Assembly: GCF_006345805.1 (NCBI RefSeq)
Contig: NC_043016.1
Coordinates: forward strand, 20,522,001-20,586,000
From: Octopus sinensis
Lineage: Eukaryota
Direction: 5' to 3'
DNA length: 64,000 nucleotides
Under the pieces are notes generated by a model. That model was given only the letters and a program-made list of their open reading frames with translations, searched no databases and was not told where the DNA came from. Within the stretch, counting starts at the first letter, position 1; each line of letters begins with the position of its first letter. Of the stretch, positions 1 through 12,539 are shown one piece after another. Position numbers and translations under genes: made by a program.

Positions 1-145
1 CACCAGAACTATGGTCACCTTCAAGCAGATCTCCAACTCCTAAATTGAGAATTTCCATCAACAAGGTATTCATTACACTTTTGCAAATTGGTAAACTTCG
101 GGAGCTTGTCACTTCAACAAGAATTTCACTAGTTTCGGGAGAAAT
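1..145 (-). CDS. LRRC47: LRRC47 coding exon 5 (partial, continues past the window start)
   Basis: Acceptor ...gtctttaag| at 146, then phase-0 open frame ISPETSEILVEVTSSRSLPICKSVMNTLLMEILNLGVGDLLEGDHSSG. Matches the LRRC47 segment ([23 protein letters not shown] in human, from memory) and is in frame with exon 4. Confidence 0.9.
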   Translation of the reverse strand, partial: MSPETSEILVEVTSSRSLPICKSVMNTLLMEILNLGVGDLLEGDHSSG

Positions 146-169
146 CTTAAAGACAAAAGACAATAAAAA

Positions 170-305
170 TAAGAAAAATGTGGAAATTTTACAGGTGAGT
201 GTGTTACATAATAAGGCACAAAAAGAAAATGATTCTCCCCAGACACAATAGAATATGCTTCAACACACGAACTCACATAAAGAATCTTAAAAACCAAATC
301 CAAAA
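170..305. mobile_element. Non-autonomous repeat fragment (same family as 30058-30290)
   Basis: gtgagtgtgttacataataaggcacaaaaagaaaatgattctccccagacacaatagaatatgc recurs almost verbatim at 30169-30232. Confidence 0.6.
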
Positions 306-641
306 ATGAAAAATAATTTAAGTATTTTAAATATGCAGTCTTTTCGATATTTCAAAGAATACAAGAAAATGGCTGAATTTCGGTGATTATCAACAATAGA
401 ATTATAGTGACATATTTTGATGAAATGAGCTTGAAAAGTATATATTCTTTTCCTTGCTCATAACTCAGGATTGATAGAAATATTTTTTTATAATAGATAG
501 TTTGTAAATGTTTTCTAGATATTGTTATCCTTTCATATCTCCTTATTTCCCACAATTAAAAACATTAAGAACATTCAGCCATATAAATGATAAAACTTAA
601 TACAAACTGGTGCTGCAACTTTGTTAATATATAGTCAAAAA

Positions 642-915
642 CAGAGCTGGGCACAAGTCTTTACATATACTCAATCTACACGATATAAGCAGTTATTTGG
701 TGGAACTTTTGTTAAAAACTATACATTTTTCTGGAAGTTATGAGTCAACAAAGTTGGTGGGGTATTAAACTGTAGTTATGCCTTTTTTTTCAGTAAACGT
801 TAATGGTAACAGATTAACATTAACTTCTGTTACATTTTGAAAAGATTAACAAAAGTTAACTTTTTGGTTAATAGATTAACAAAGTTAACTTTTTAATTAA
901 CAGTGCCCACCTCTG
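642..915. mobile_element. hAT-like MITE
   Basis: TIRs CAGAGCTGGGCAC (642) and GTGCCCACCTCTG (903-915). Flanks gtcaaaaa / gtaaaaaa are a 7/8-identical 8-bp TSD. Subterminal gttaac repeats. Confidence 0.7.
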
Positions 916-965
916 GTAAAAAAATCTATTTATGATATGACATCCCATGACATCCTTCAAATCTA

Positions 966-1136
<171 letters not shown>

Positions 1137-1904
1137 TTAATAGCTCAACGTTTATTAGCAGTTTTGTTTTAACATGTATCAATCTTGTGACATCACACCT
1201 GTGTAGCTTACAGTTTAATTTACATCTATATACTCCTTGTACTTTTGAACTTCTAATGTTGTCATTTACATGTAACATATATCACACACTCAAATTAGTT
1301 GTCCTCATTGTTCACTTCATTCAAGAGTCTCTGATGTTCTCCCTCTTCCCTAACATCCTTGTATTCATACTTTACATCACACATTCAATGGATCATATAG
1401 AAATAAATTCCATCCAGTACCAGATCCTTTGCTTTAGCAGCCTGTTTCACAAGCAAAGGGAGTTGAAATAACAATTCTCTTAAATAACGCCTCCTCTGTT
1501 GTACTTATCAATAATGTAACAATTTATTTCCTACTTTCAACAAGCCATTTGTACGGTCCAGAACCTTTAGTTTAAGTTAGGTCATGTAAATAAGCACTCT
1601 TGATTTTTCAGTGAGTCTGCGAGAGGTTACTAAAAAGAGAACTATTCTATGTAAACTCTAAAGGAAGAGAAGCTGCTGAAATTTGACAGGTTTACAGTCA
1701 AAAATGAACATTAAGGATTTGAAGGCAGGGAAAGTAGTTTGACTAACAGTATAGTTGATGAGATTCTGAAAATATCTGTTGAAATATGACCTACAGTCAC
1801 TTGCAACAACAATGGATCATTCCCAATGACTGGCATTACAGCATCATTCATTAAACTGCTATAACAATGCAAGAGATATTTTAATAAAAAGCAAGAGCTG
1901 TAGC

Positions 1905-2160
1905 TTGACTTGACTTGACTTGACACAGCATTCACCCGGGGTGGGTTGAGCTGGCTTTTTTCATCCTCAATGCTGCATCTCTCACAAATGCCAACCAGGC
2001 CTGGCAATTTGAGGCTAACGACCGCCTGATCTCCAACCACTCCTTATTCCAGCGGCGAACGCTGTAGATATGGGGGCCTAGATTGGGTTCCAGATCAGCC
2101 TTGACTGTCATCAGCCAGGTTTTTATTCCTAAGAGCTGTGGCTTCAAACTGATGGACTAA
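1905..2160 (-). mobile_element. RTE-type LINE 3' end with (CAAGT)n tail
   Basis: Minus frame KTWLMTVKADLEPNLG...W......NCQAWLAFVRDAA resembles an RTE ORF2 C-terminus. Followed by (CAAGT)n, seen on plus as cttgacttgacttgacttgac. Confidence 0.7.
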
Positions 2161-2564
2161 ATTATGAAAGTATCAGAAAATGTTATAACATAACTAATTA
2201 TCAAAAACAATTACATAGATGAGACAGTTTGGACTTGTGCCAAGAAGGCACACTGCAAACAGCCTCTTCCTAGTGAGCCAATATAAAAGAAATTCTTAAG
2301 AGTAAACAACACTATTTACGTTGATGATATCCAGAAGAATTCTAACAAGGTACCCAACTATGTAGTTTAATGGCTGCTATAAAAAAAAAAAAAATTAAGT
2401 GTAAATGATTGGTTTGAGAGAAATGCCCAAGCCAATACAAGCATGGAAAAACAGATGTAAAATGGTAATAGTGTCAAAATTCTCACATTATACATTTATT
2501 CAAGCTTTACACAGTTTAGAGATGTTGTCTAATCTAGTTCTCATTCTTGATTAAAATCAAAACC

Positions 2565-3088
2565 AAAATCAATTCGATGACTGGCATCCATGCTAGCGGG
2601 GTGCAAAGAGCACCATACAAGTGTGATTATTGACAGAGCAGCTAACCGGCTTCCATGCCAGTGGCACATAAAAGGGCACCATTCGAGTACAATCGTTACC
2701 AGTGTTGCCTTGCTGGCACTTATGCATGTGCTAGTAGGGTGCTAATCCGAGTGTGATTGTTGCCAGAGCAGCCAACTGGCTTCCGTACCCGTGACACGTA
2801 AAAGGGCACCATTTGAGCGTGATCATTACCAACGGCACTTCACTGGCACGTGTAAAAAGATTTGAGTGAGGTCGTTGCCAGTACCACCTGACTGGCGCCC
2901 GTGCTGGTGGCACGTAAAAAGCATCCACTACACTCTCGGAGTGGTTGGCATTAGGAAGGGCATCCAACTGTAGAAACTTTGCCAGATCAAGATTGGAGCC
3001 TGGTGCAGCCATCTGGTTTGCCAGCCCTCAGTCAAAATCGTCCAACCCATGCTAGCATGGAAAGCGGACGTTAAACGATGATGATGAT
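2565..3088 (+). mobile_element. 5'-truncated RTE LINE 3' UTR with internal ~60-bp repeats and (GAT)n tail
   Basis: Shared tail gagtggttggcattaggaagggcatcc...ggacgttaaacgatgatgatg; the same sequence follows the RTE ORF2 at 26496-28400. Confidence 0.85.
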
Positions 3089-3423
3089 TAAAAATACCTC
3101 TCTAAAGCTGCTAGACATTTCTTATGCTAATAACTAAACCTTAGTTTCAGTTTGTGCATAGTGAATCGTAATCTTTCACATTTCAAACACTATTAGTATA
3201 TGTTGAGTTCAAAGTCTATTCAACATTACTGTATATTTTTTTACACTCATATATCTGTTTATATATGTACAGATATATACTTCTTATATATGTTCTTATT
3301 ATATAATATAATAAAGAAAATAATACATATATGTTTTTCTTTATATATACACTTCTTATGGTTTTTAACAACAGAAATAAATACATTATAATAAAGTTAG
3401 TAAAAAATAAACACCCATGAATA

Positions 3424-3456
<33 letters not shown>

Positions 3457-3464
3457 ATATATAT

Positions 3465-3715
3465 AATGTGACCACATTATTAACCAGGCTTTCAGATGTT
3501 GTTATACAATGCTGGTCACATTGCACTTTTGCATTGTTTTAGCCTTCAAATGACACTACCCCACTGACTAGGCAAGCAGGCCAACATTCCCCCTGAGTGA
3601 AAGGGGGACTGGAGCTATGTGAAATGGAGTGTTTTGCTCAAGAATACAATGTGTCACCCAGTCAGGAAATTGAACCCACAATCTAGCAATCATGAGTGAA
3701 TGGACTTTCACTTTA
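3465..3715 (-). mobile_element. tRNA-derived SINE, family C (TA-tailed), diverged
   Basis: gcattgttttagccttcaaatgacactaccc core shared with 57160-57456 and 59382-59664. Confidence 0.65.
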
Positions 3716-3869
3716 CTATATATGTGTGTCTGTGTGTGCATGTACATGTATGAGTGAGCATTTCTGATGAGTATTAATTTCCTATACAAAATTATCATGC
3801 TAATCTAATGCATCTTGCTCACAGTTGGGAGAGTCTTCTCCCTTGTCAATAAAATTAGACCATATATTA

Positions 3870-4640
3870 CCATTGTCCATATTAGCACGGGTTGGACGGT
3901 TTGAGCAGGGCTGGCAAGCTGGAAGGCTGCACCAGACTCTAGTCTATTTTGGCATGGTTTCTATGGCTGGATATCCTTCCTAATACCAACCACTCTGAGA
4001 ATGTAATGGGTGCTTTTACATGCCACTGGCATGAGTGCCATTTGCATGACACCAGTATCTGCCACAACTGTGGTTTTACTTGGCCTGATCGGTCTTCTCA
4101 AGCACAGCATATTGCCTCTGTGAAGCCCAAAGTTCAGAGATCATGCTTCACCACCTCATCCCACAGGTTCACTCCACAGTTAGGGACCAACACTTCTTTA
4201 CACAACTGTCCTCCATACGCATCACATGACCACACCAGCGCATTCGTTTCTCTTGCACACTACATCTGATATCTCTTATGCCTAACTTTTCTTTAAATGC
4301 TTACACTCTGTTGAACATGTACACTGACATTGCACATCCTGCGAAGCATACTAGCTTTTTTCTTTCAAGCTTATGCATATCCTTGGCTGTCACAGCCCAT
4401 GTTTCACTGTTACGTAGCACAGCTGTTCACACACAGGCATCACGCAATCTGCCTTTCACTCTGAGAGAGAGGCCTTTTGTTGCCAGCAGAGGCAGGAGCT
4501 CTCTAAACTTTGCCCAGCTTAATCTTATTCTGACAGCTATGTTCTCCGAGCATCCATCTCTGCTACTAACATGATCACCTAGGTAACAGAAGCTATCTAC
4601 CAACTCTAGCTTACTTCCATGGTTGTTGATGGCCTATTTT
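3870..4640 (-). mobile_element. RTE LINE 3' portion (decayed ORF2 end plus UTR)
   Basis: Reverse complement aligns with the RTE ORF2 end and tail at 27350-28380; multiple stops. Confidence 0.8.
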
Positions 4641-5308
4641 CTGTACATTTTTAGTGTTTTAAAATTTTCTTAATTTGTTGATAGCCTTGATATTCTAATA
4701 GATATGCTTTTTACTAATCTCCTTATTATAGAAGGTGGGTGATTTGATTTGTACATACATATATATATATATGTGTGTGTGTGTGTACAAATGAGCAAAA
4801 GAGAAAATGAAATTCAGTAAATTCTTTATTAATCACAACAATCATTTCAACCCATTATGCACTAGACCCTCACACATGAGATTCTAAATAACTGGTTGAG
4901 GTACTTCATTGCTCATTAAACTTAGTCTCACTCATGTGTGCTTGTTTTATGTTTCTGTTTGTCACCCATACCACTTCACAACCGGTGTAGTTTGTTTACA
5001 CCCCTGTAACTTAGCGTTTCAGTAAACGAAACCAATAGAATAAATACCAAGCTTTAAAAGAAGTACTGGGGTGCATTCATTTGACTAACACTCTTCAGTA
5101 TGGCTGCAGTCTAATTGACTGAAACAAATAAAAGGTTAGAGACATACTGTTGCTTGCAATGAGGCAAGTAACTACTGAGTGTTGTTGAATCTTACTCTCA
5201 CTTTCCTGTTAACAAATTAAATATCTGTCTCCACATTCTCATATCATAACTGTTTACCATATATTTTATCAATAATAGGAAATAAATAACTAAATAAAAA
5301 ATACATAC

Positions 5309-5427
5309 TTATGCACACCACTAAGTTTGTTTCTTTTCTTCTCTTTACGAATTTCATCAGCTTCTTTTCTCAAAGATGAAACAAGGCTATGTGCATCAAC
5401 CTCTTCCTTACCAAACAGAGGAATTAA
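5309..5427 (-). CDS. LRRC47: LRRC47 coding exon 3
   Basis: ttttcag| ... AA|gtatgt, 119 nt; LIPLFGKEEVDAHSLVSSLRKEADEIRKEKKRNKLSGVH(K). Phase 0 in, phase 2 out, compatible with both neighbouring exons. Confidence 0.96.
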
Positions 5428-5559
5428 CTGAAAATAAAAATAAATTTAAAATTATGAAACATTTGGCTAGAATGAGAACAAAATAAATGCAATGGTATCT
5501 GAAATGGCACATGAAACTTGACTGTGTCATCGTCATCATATCAGGAAGGGACCTATACC

Positions 5560-6925
5560 TTGTTGACTAAGAAGCCTTAGGTAGGATTCCTCACTTTGAT
5601 CTGATGATCACTGATAAAGCTTGGAGACAAATAGCTTGTAAAAGTAATGTAAGTCATGTACAGGGATACAGTTAGCAAGGTGAATGTAAGTAATATATAC
5701 AATAATGAACTGAGTGTGAAGGTGGGGATACACTGGGCCACCAAAGAGGAATTTAAGACTGGCTACCTGTAGGAGCTTCTTTATGATGATGGCTCAGCTC
5801 TTATTGCTAAATCTATAGTAGAATTAGAAATAAAATTCCACAATTGGAAACAAAACTCGGAATCAGGAGGGCCCAAAGTGAATTTAGCAAATACTAAAAC
5901 ATTACTAATTAGGGAAAAAAAGACCCTCGTTCAATATATCTAGCAAAATAATTTACTTAATGGTAGTAGCTAAAAGTTCTATATGCTGTAGCCAGTGTAA
6001 GCTGTGAATGCACGAAATTGTTGTGGGATTAGAAGTAAGGTAAACTTTACATATATATTTCTTTACTACCCACAAGGGGTTAAACATAGAGGGGACAAAC
6101 AAGGACAGACAAAGGGATTAAATCGATTATATCGACCCAGTGCGAAACTGGTACTTTATTTATCGACCCCGAGAGGTTGAAAGGCAAAGTCGACATCAGC
6201 AGAATTTGAACTCAGAAAGTAATGACAGACGAAATACCGCTAAGCATTTTGCCCAGCGCGCTAATGTTTCTGCCAGTAAACTTTACATATAACGGTACGC
6301 AGGGCAGCAAATGTTAAGAGCAGTTATGAAGTAGACACAATCTAATGCCCAGATGGATGTCTAGAAAAGGACAATAGTTTCTATTACCTAAAAGAACTAA
6401 GCAGTAGTGGTGAGGGGATTGTTCTGAGAGTAAAGTGACCAGAGTTGGAAGAAATTCAGTATGCTGCTATTACCTTAACTAGTAAACAAAGGGTTTCTGC
6501 TTTAAAGTGAAAAGTAGATTGCACATGATGCTTGTGTATGGAGTAGGAAGATTCATGATATTGAGATGTAGGTCTTGAACACAGATCTGCAGAAGCCATA
6601 AAGAAATGAAGCAAGCATGTTTCACTGGAAAGTGCAACACTAGCATGCATCACCAACAGAGTGCAAATGAGCCAAGAGAAAATCTGAATATTAGAGAAAT
6701 CAGATACAGTGTGCAATAGAGAAGATATAATATATATGGAGAACAGCCGTATGCAAAGAAAATATAAAGATGTATGATGTGCTCAAAGTAAATAGAACCT
6801 GTGGAATAGGGAGACTAAGGAAGAAAAAGATGAAGCACTGATTGAAGACAGATGGTGGCAGTACATGATGTGTGAGAAGACCTACTCATGTGTTCAAACA
6901 TGGCAAAACAGATGTTTAAATTTAT
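5560..6925 (+). mobile_element. Heavily decayed RTE LINE, interrupted by a SINE
   Basis: Residual RT and C-terminal motifs (DD.ALIAKS..ELE.KF..WKQN.E..G.KVNLA.TK) homologous to the copy at 26950-27070. Confidence 0.6.
6056..6275 (-). mobile_element. tRNA-derived SINE, family B, with 16-bp TSD
   Basis: Flanked by identical gtaaactttacatata at 6040-6055 and 6276-6291. Body matches 8538-8765. Confidence 0.85.
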
Positions 6926-7120
6926 ACTATGTATATTATATCTGTAGTTATACAGAGTATATTGTGCTAAGCATGTATGTACAGGGTACTCAGGCTAAAT
7001 TTGACATTTTTTTATGCCTCCTTTTTACAGGAACAGCTAGATATATTGTGGGTTTTCATAGAGCCACCAAGGTTGACAACATACTCAAACCAATATAATT
7101 CAAGGAATAAATCAACTTAC

Positions 7121-7237
7121 CTTGATTTTAGCAGGAACCTTAGCATCAAACACAAGAGGAGCTTTTAGTTTGGACATGTCATGGGTTGCTATAGTTGCTG
7201 CTTGTCTTTTATCACAAACTGTATCATGGAGTTTCGT
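7121..7237 (-). CDS. LRRC47: LRRC47 coding exon 2
   Basis: ttcttgtag| ... AAG|gtaagt, 117 nt; TKLHDTVCDKRQAATIATHDMSKLKAPLVFDAKVPAKIK matches the TKLH...C.KR..ATIATHD motif. Confidence 0.97.
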
Positions 7238-7885
7238 CTACAAGAAACCAAAAATAAACTTACATTCAGTAAAAGACAAAGAGAGATTATAAAGGGAAAC
7301 CTTAATTGCAAAGTGTTAAGAACTATATATTAAGTTTGCGATCCAGTTCTGACAGATGAACAAAAATACGGATCTTGCAGCAGATAAACTAGATAACAAC
7401 AAAACTGGATAACTGGGAAACACGAAAATATTTACACACACACACACACGGAATTTATGAATTTAGTACAAGCAAGCAAGGGGGATCAATACTCTTCTTC
7501 TGTCTTGCTGTACTGTGACACTCATTGGGATAAAAAGCAAGACCTGTTAAAGGGTACATGAACTCATGTGAGTCAATGGTTATCCAAGTACATGATTACA
7601 CACACACACACATATGTATAGATCAAAACAGTTGGATTCAAATTCCTTGGTACTTCAAGTTTCAAAGCATGATGCTAATCCTTAGCCATTGGAAATTTGA
7701 ATCAAACGTGTAACTCCCAATAAATGTGTTGAGTGCCCTTCTTTCATTTGTCCACTCACTCATATATATATGTGTGTGTGTGTGTGAGTGAGTATAGAAA
7801 TAATTAAGATTCAGTTGAATTAGGTACTTACATCGTGGCACCAAGTCTGTCCAGTATTGTCTGCACAGCTTGAAGTTAGGTCAAT

Positions 7886-8314
7886 AAAAAGCAAATCATT
7901 AACAAGGATGTTCAGGTATTAGTGCATTACAGCCGTTTCAAGTGGCTCCATTTAATCGATCAATGTAAGCATTACATCAATTTGAAATAAACTGCTCTCC
8001 TTAGATGCATACGGCCATATAGATTTCCAACACACAGGATACTTAATTATAATTTTTTAGCAAAATTTTCATCAGTACTAGAGACTAAAATACATTGCTT
8101 CTTTTTGGAATTATTGTAGCAAAATGATGAAAAATGTGCTAAAAAATTATAATAGAGAATCCTGTATGTTGGTAATCTATATGGCCATATGTACCCAAGA
8201 GGAGAGGTTTATTTCAAATTGATGTAATGTTTGCATTGATCAATTAAATGGAGCCGCTTGAAACAGCCGTAATGCACTGATACTTGGACATCCTCGTTAC
8301 TTATTTGCTTTTTT
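7886..8314. mobile_element. Palindromic MITE with ~140-bp arms
   Basis: 7886-8030 is the reverse complement of 8172-8314 (e.g. cattacatcaatttgaaataaac / gtttatttcaaattgatgtaatg). Confidence 0.8.
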
Positions 8315-8537
8315 ATGTGTGTGCATATATATACAAAAGCTTTTGAATAAAGCATATAACTCTACCTATGTTATTTGAGTACTCTTTTTTCCACCTTGTT
8401 TCACATTTATGTGCTTACTCCAGTACATATATATACATATACATATATATATATATATACATATATATATACATATATACACTCACACATATACACACAC
8501 ATATAAACACATATATATACACACACATATATATATT

Positions 8538-8765
8538 TCTTTACTACCCACATGGGGCTAAACACAGAGGGGACAAACAAGGACAGACAAACGGATCAAG
8601 TCGATTACATCGACCCCAGTGCGGAACTGGTACTTAATTTATCGACCCCGAAAGGATGAAAGGCAAAGTCGACCTCGGCGGAATTTGAACTCAGAACGTA
8701 ACGGCAGGCGAAATACGGCTACGCATTTCGCCCGGCGTGCTAACGTCTCTGCCAGCTCGCCGCCT
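8538..8765 (-). mobile_element. tRNA-derived SINE, family B
   Basis: Minus-strand head ggcggcgagctggcag... with B-box-like gttcaaattcc; copies at 6056 and 37204. Confidence 0.85.
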
Positions 8766-8894
8766 TTATACACACACATATATATATATATATCATGTAT
8801 ACATATGCTCATACAAGCACACATACACAAAGTACAATTACTCCCCCCACACACAACCCCTACGCATACACACACACACACACACATATATATA

Positions 8895-9050
8895 TGGGAG
8901 TGGTTGGCGTTAGGAAGGGCATCCAGCTGTAGAAACAATGCCAGATCAAATAGGAGCCTGGTGCAGCCTCCTGGCTTCCCAGACCCCGGTCAAACCGTCC
9001 AACCAATACTAGCATGGAAAACGGACGTTAAACGATGATGATGATGATGA
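8895..9050 (+). mobile_element. Short RTE 3' tail
   Basis: gagtggttggcgttaggaagggcatccagctgtagaaac...gttaaacgatgatgatg. Confidence 0.85.
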
Positions 9051-9159
9051 TATATATACATACATACATAGTCAATTCAAACATGAAAACATAACAATGT
9101 AAGGACGTGGAACAAGTAAAGTGTTATTGGACGCTCAGGAAAGGAAAGAAAGGAGGAGG

Positions 9160-9194
9160 ATATAACGTTTCAAGCGGAGCTCTTCGTCAGAAAC
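9160..9194 (-). ncRNA. Minimal type I hammerhead-ribozyme-like motif
   Basis: Minus strand: gttt CUGACGA A GAGC-UCC-GCUU GAAAC GUU auau. Core boxes intact; stem I only partly paired. Confidence 0.5.
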
Positions 9195-9289
9195 AGAAAA
9201 AAGAAAGATCCAAGGAAGGGAAGACAGAGGAAAAAAATCTGGAAGGGAATGGGTGAAGAAAAAGTTCTTTCAAAGACAGGAGAGTGCAA

Positions 9290-10190
9290 GAGAAGGAGGT
9301 ATGTGTGTGCATGAAGGTCTGTGTGTGTGTGTAATGATAGCATGTGTGCCTGTGGTTGTGGCTGTTTATCTATGTGTGTGGTTGGGCTTAGTATTGTTTA
9401 AGGTCATAGGAAGAATTTATAATAGGAGTGGCTCCTATTGTGTGTCTACCCACACGTGTGTAGGAGAATGGTCAGTAGAAGATACTGGTAGTTTGAAGTG
9501 TGTGTGTGTTCGTGTGTGTATGCGTAGGAGCTGTGTGTGTGTGGGGAGTAACTGTATTTTACTTTGTGTATGTGTGCGTGTGTGCTTGTATGTGTGTATA
9601 CATGTATGTATAATTGTGTGCTGTGGGTATGGAAGGTATGTGTGGGTTCATTTGTGTGTGTGTGTGTGTGTGTGTATGTGCGTGTCGTGTGCATATGTGG
9701 GTGTATATATGTGTATGCGTGGGGTTGTGAGTGTTAGGTATGTGTGCCTGTGTCTAAATGTGTATGCGTGTGTGTATGTGTATGCATATATTGCATTTGT
9801 ATGTGTGTGTGCATGGGTTGTGGGGGGTTTGTGTAGGTGTATATGTGCACACGTGTGTTTGTGCCCATGTGTGTATAATTGTGTTTGTATGTGTATTGTG
9901 TGTTGGAGGTATATGTGCAAACCTGTGCTGGTGTGTGCGTATGTGTGTATGTGCTTGCGTGTGTCAGGTTGTTGCGTGTAGGCGCGTGTACTTGAGTATG
10001 TGTACGTGATTGTGTGTCTGTGTGTACATGGGGTCGTGTGGGATAGGTATCTGTACATTCCTGTGCATATGTGTACGTTTGTGCATGTGTAGGCGTGGGT
10101 GTGTGTGTGTGTGCATGTATGCATGTGTATGTGTGTGGGAGGTATATGTGGATACGTACGTATGTGTGTGCGTGCGTGCATATAGAAATA
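9290..10190. repeat. ~900-bp degenerate (TG/CA)-rich tract
   Basis: Near-continuous imperfect TG dinucleotide array; it generates the spurious CV/HT-rich ORFs in the track. Confidence 0.95.
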
Positions 10191-10530
10191 AAAACAATAA
10201 AAAAACAAAAAAATATAAAAATCAAAGTTGAAAGGAGATAAGGAAGTTAATTCAATATAAATGGCGCAATTACAAGTAAAAATGAAAAATGAGAAAAGAA
10301 ATTAAGTTGCTTGTTACGGGAGGTGTAGAGGCAGTCACTAGGAGGAGGGGGTTGTGATTAGTCCGTGGGGGATAGTTGTCTGTAAATTAAAGATATTGCG
10401 CTGTTCCAGGCGGAGCCTTGAGTGTGTGGATCCATGGTGTAGAGCAAGGCCAAAGACGGAGATGTTAGAGGAAGAATGGTTGGCCAAGTGGAAGTGACAG
10501 GCAACGGGAATATTCGAACGTAGCCAAACT

Positions 10531-10871
10531 GAAGAGGTATTTACCTCTTTCTCAAAGGCTGTCATTACTTTCAAGACAGTAGTTCGTGATACACCAAACA
10601 ATTCGGCTTTTTTCGTTATGCTAGCACCTGCCATGCGACCACCAACAATTTGACCTGTTTGAAAGTCCGATAGGTCTGACATTTCAATGAATTTTAATTA
10701 CCTTTTTGTGATGATATCTGAAAAGAAATAGCACTTTTACCAAAACATATTAAACAATACTAATATTAAATCCCAAAACATAAAAATAAACAAGCTTTTG
10801 ACCATTTTATAGATATTTCAAAATTATGATGCTATGATGCTAGGTATTTCCATTATTTTGTCCAACCCCTG
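10531..10871 (-). mobile_element. Tc1-family transposon 5' fragment
   Basis: Minus start TA|CAGGGGTTGGACAAAATAATGGAAATACC. ORF MSDLSDFQTGQIVGGRMAGASITKKAELFGVSRTTVLKVMTAFEK is a Tc1 N-terminal HTH. Confidence 0.85.
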
Positions 10872-12539
10872 TATACACACACAATGTATATATATATATA
10901 TATATATACATGTATACATATACACACACACACACACATAATTATATCCAGGATATCAAATACTCTTAAAGGAATGTTACTATCCAAGTTTCCTTGTTAT
11001 ATCCAGAGCCTCAGTGAAAAACCATACATGGAAAAAAAATTCATTCATGACAACTCACACCTTCACTCACTAACCCTTTTTCGCATGTGCGAGTGCTGAC
11101 ACACACACACGCACATTTCATGTACACGTCCATACATCCTTCACTTTCTGCCCTCAATGCAAGGCAAATGTCGACATTACTTTCTTCTTTCTTCAAAGCA
11201 TAAAGAAAAATTTATTACGGAAATTAACGAATAATCATTTGGTCCCATATGATCAAGTTGATTATAAAATAACTTCCTTTGGCACAACACTCCAGGTAAA
11301 ACTTATGCATGAATTGTTATTTCTTGTTGTGTGCATGCACAAAATTACAGCTCAAATCCAATTGAAATCACCTTTTTCTATTCTGTAATATATGATTGTG
11401 ATGACTGTATTTTAAAAACCTAAAAAGAAGTTCTTCCAGAAATTCCATCCTTTACCTCTTGTTTGTAGCATGTTTGAGGCGACATTTGTGCTATCCTCAC
11501 TGATTGTTTTCTATACAGGAGATTAGGGTTTCAGCCAAAACCCATTATTAATATTTTAACTTTTCATTCCCCCCTCCCCAAATTTCTTCATTTTTTAACT
11601 TTTTCTTGGTCATCTACAAAAAAAAAAAAAAGATTTTCTTCCTTCTTTTTTCTTAAAGAAACATTAAAATCTCCTTCCAAACATCCACACATCACCTCAC
11701 CACTTTCAAAAAGCAACAAAGTTCCAATATTTTACTTTTAGCATTTGGGAAATGAAGGAAGTTTCTTCAAAAATAATGTCATTTACCTGTTGTTCTAGCA
11801 TGTCAAGTTTTCTGGTGGTGGCTTGATATTTTTTCATATCTGCTATTTCAGTACAATTCTATGCATGCATGAAATATCGGATGAAAGTGAAACACTGGGT
11901 GTTTTTAACTTTTTGAAAGCTGGTAGGTGATGGGTGGGTGAGTTGGGGGAAGTGGCACTGATTCTTTAAGAAAAATTAAACTAATAAAAAGAAAAAAAAT
12001 GGATTTTCCATATTCATAATCTATATTTTTTTTTCTACATGGATAAAAAAAAAATCGAGAAAAGTTACAAATTAAGAAATTGCAGCGGGGATGGGGGGGT
12101 CTAAAATTTGAAAACGATATTTCTGGCGAATATCGTAGTAATACGATGAAACTACACATAGTTTGTGATTCCTCTTGAGAATGGAAAGGAGTTCCATGCA
12201 AACCCATGCAAATTGTACCCTTCCCCTCACTTTAAACGAACAATAACTTCCATTATACCAGTAATCCAGTTCACTATATATCAGCTGTGCCAATTTTGCT
12301 CCTAAGAAAGGAGCAAATAATACAATGTAGCTGCAGGTTCTAACATCCGGGTAACGCCGGGATGCATTGCTAGTATTATATATAGTTTACCAAAACTGTA
12401 CCTCAAAAATATATGATTGGCGGAGGTAAAGAATATGTGAGTGTAGGACAAATGCCCCTTAGTTAAAGTGTAAAAGTGGACAAAACACTGACGGTTATAT
12501 TTTTCGGTTATTTTTTTGAGTTTTTCACCTTTTACTCTT

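Larger units (their letters stand above)
9069..10530 (-). mobile_element. Penelope-like element 3' portion (GIY-YIG C-terminus, CA-rich UTR, terminal region)
   Basis: Minus frame NIPVACHFHLANHSSSNISVFGL.......RLRLEQRNIFNLQTTIPHGL is the typical PLE endonuclease end (PV..HF....H...R...EQ..I..L.T..P.GL). The terminal region carries CTGACGA..GAAAC. Confidence 0.75.

Noticed and set aside
9253-10231. Long ORFs (up to 242 aa) rich in C/V or H/T
   Set aside because: Translations of a degenerate (TG)n tract. The same applies to the YI/CV ORFs at 29449, 37786, 44048, 46797, 47332 and 59090.
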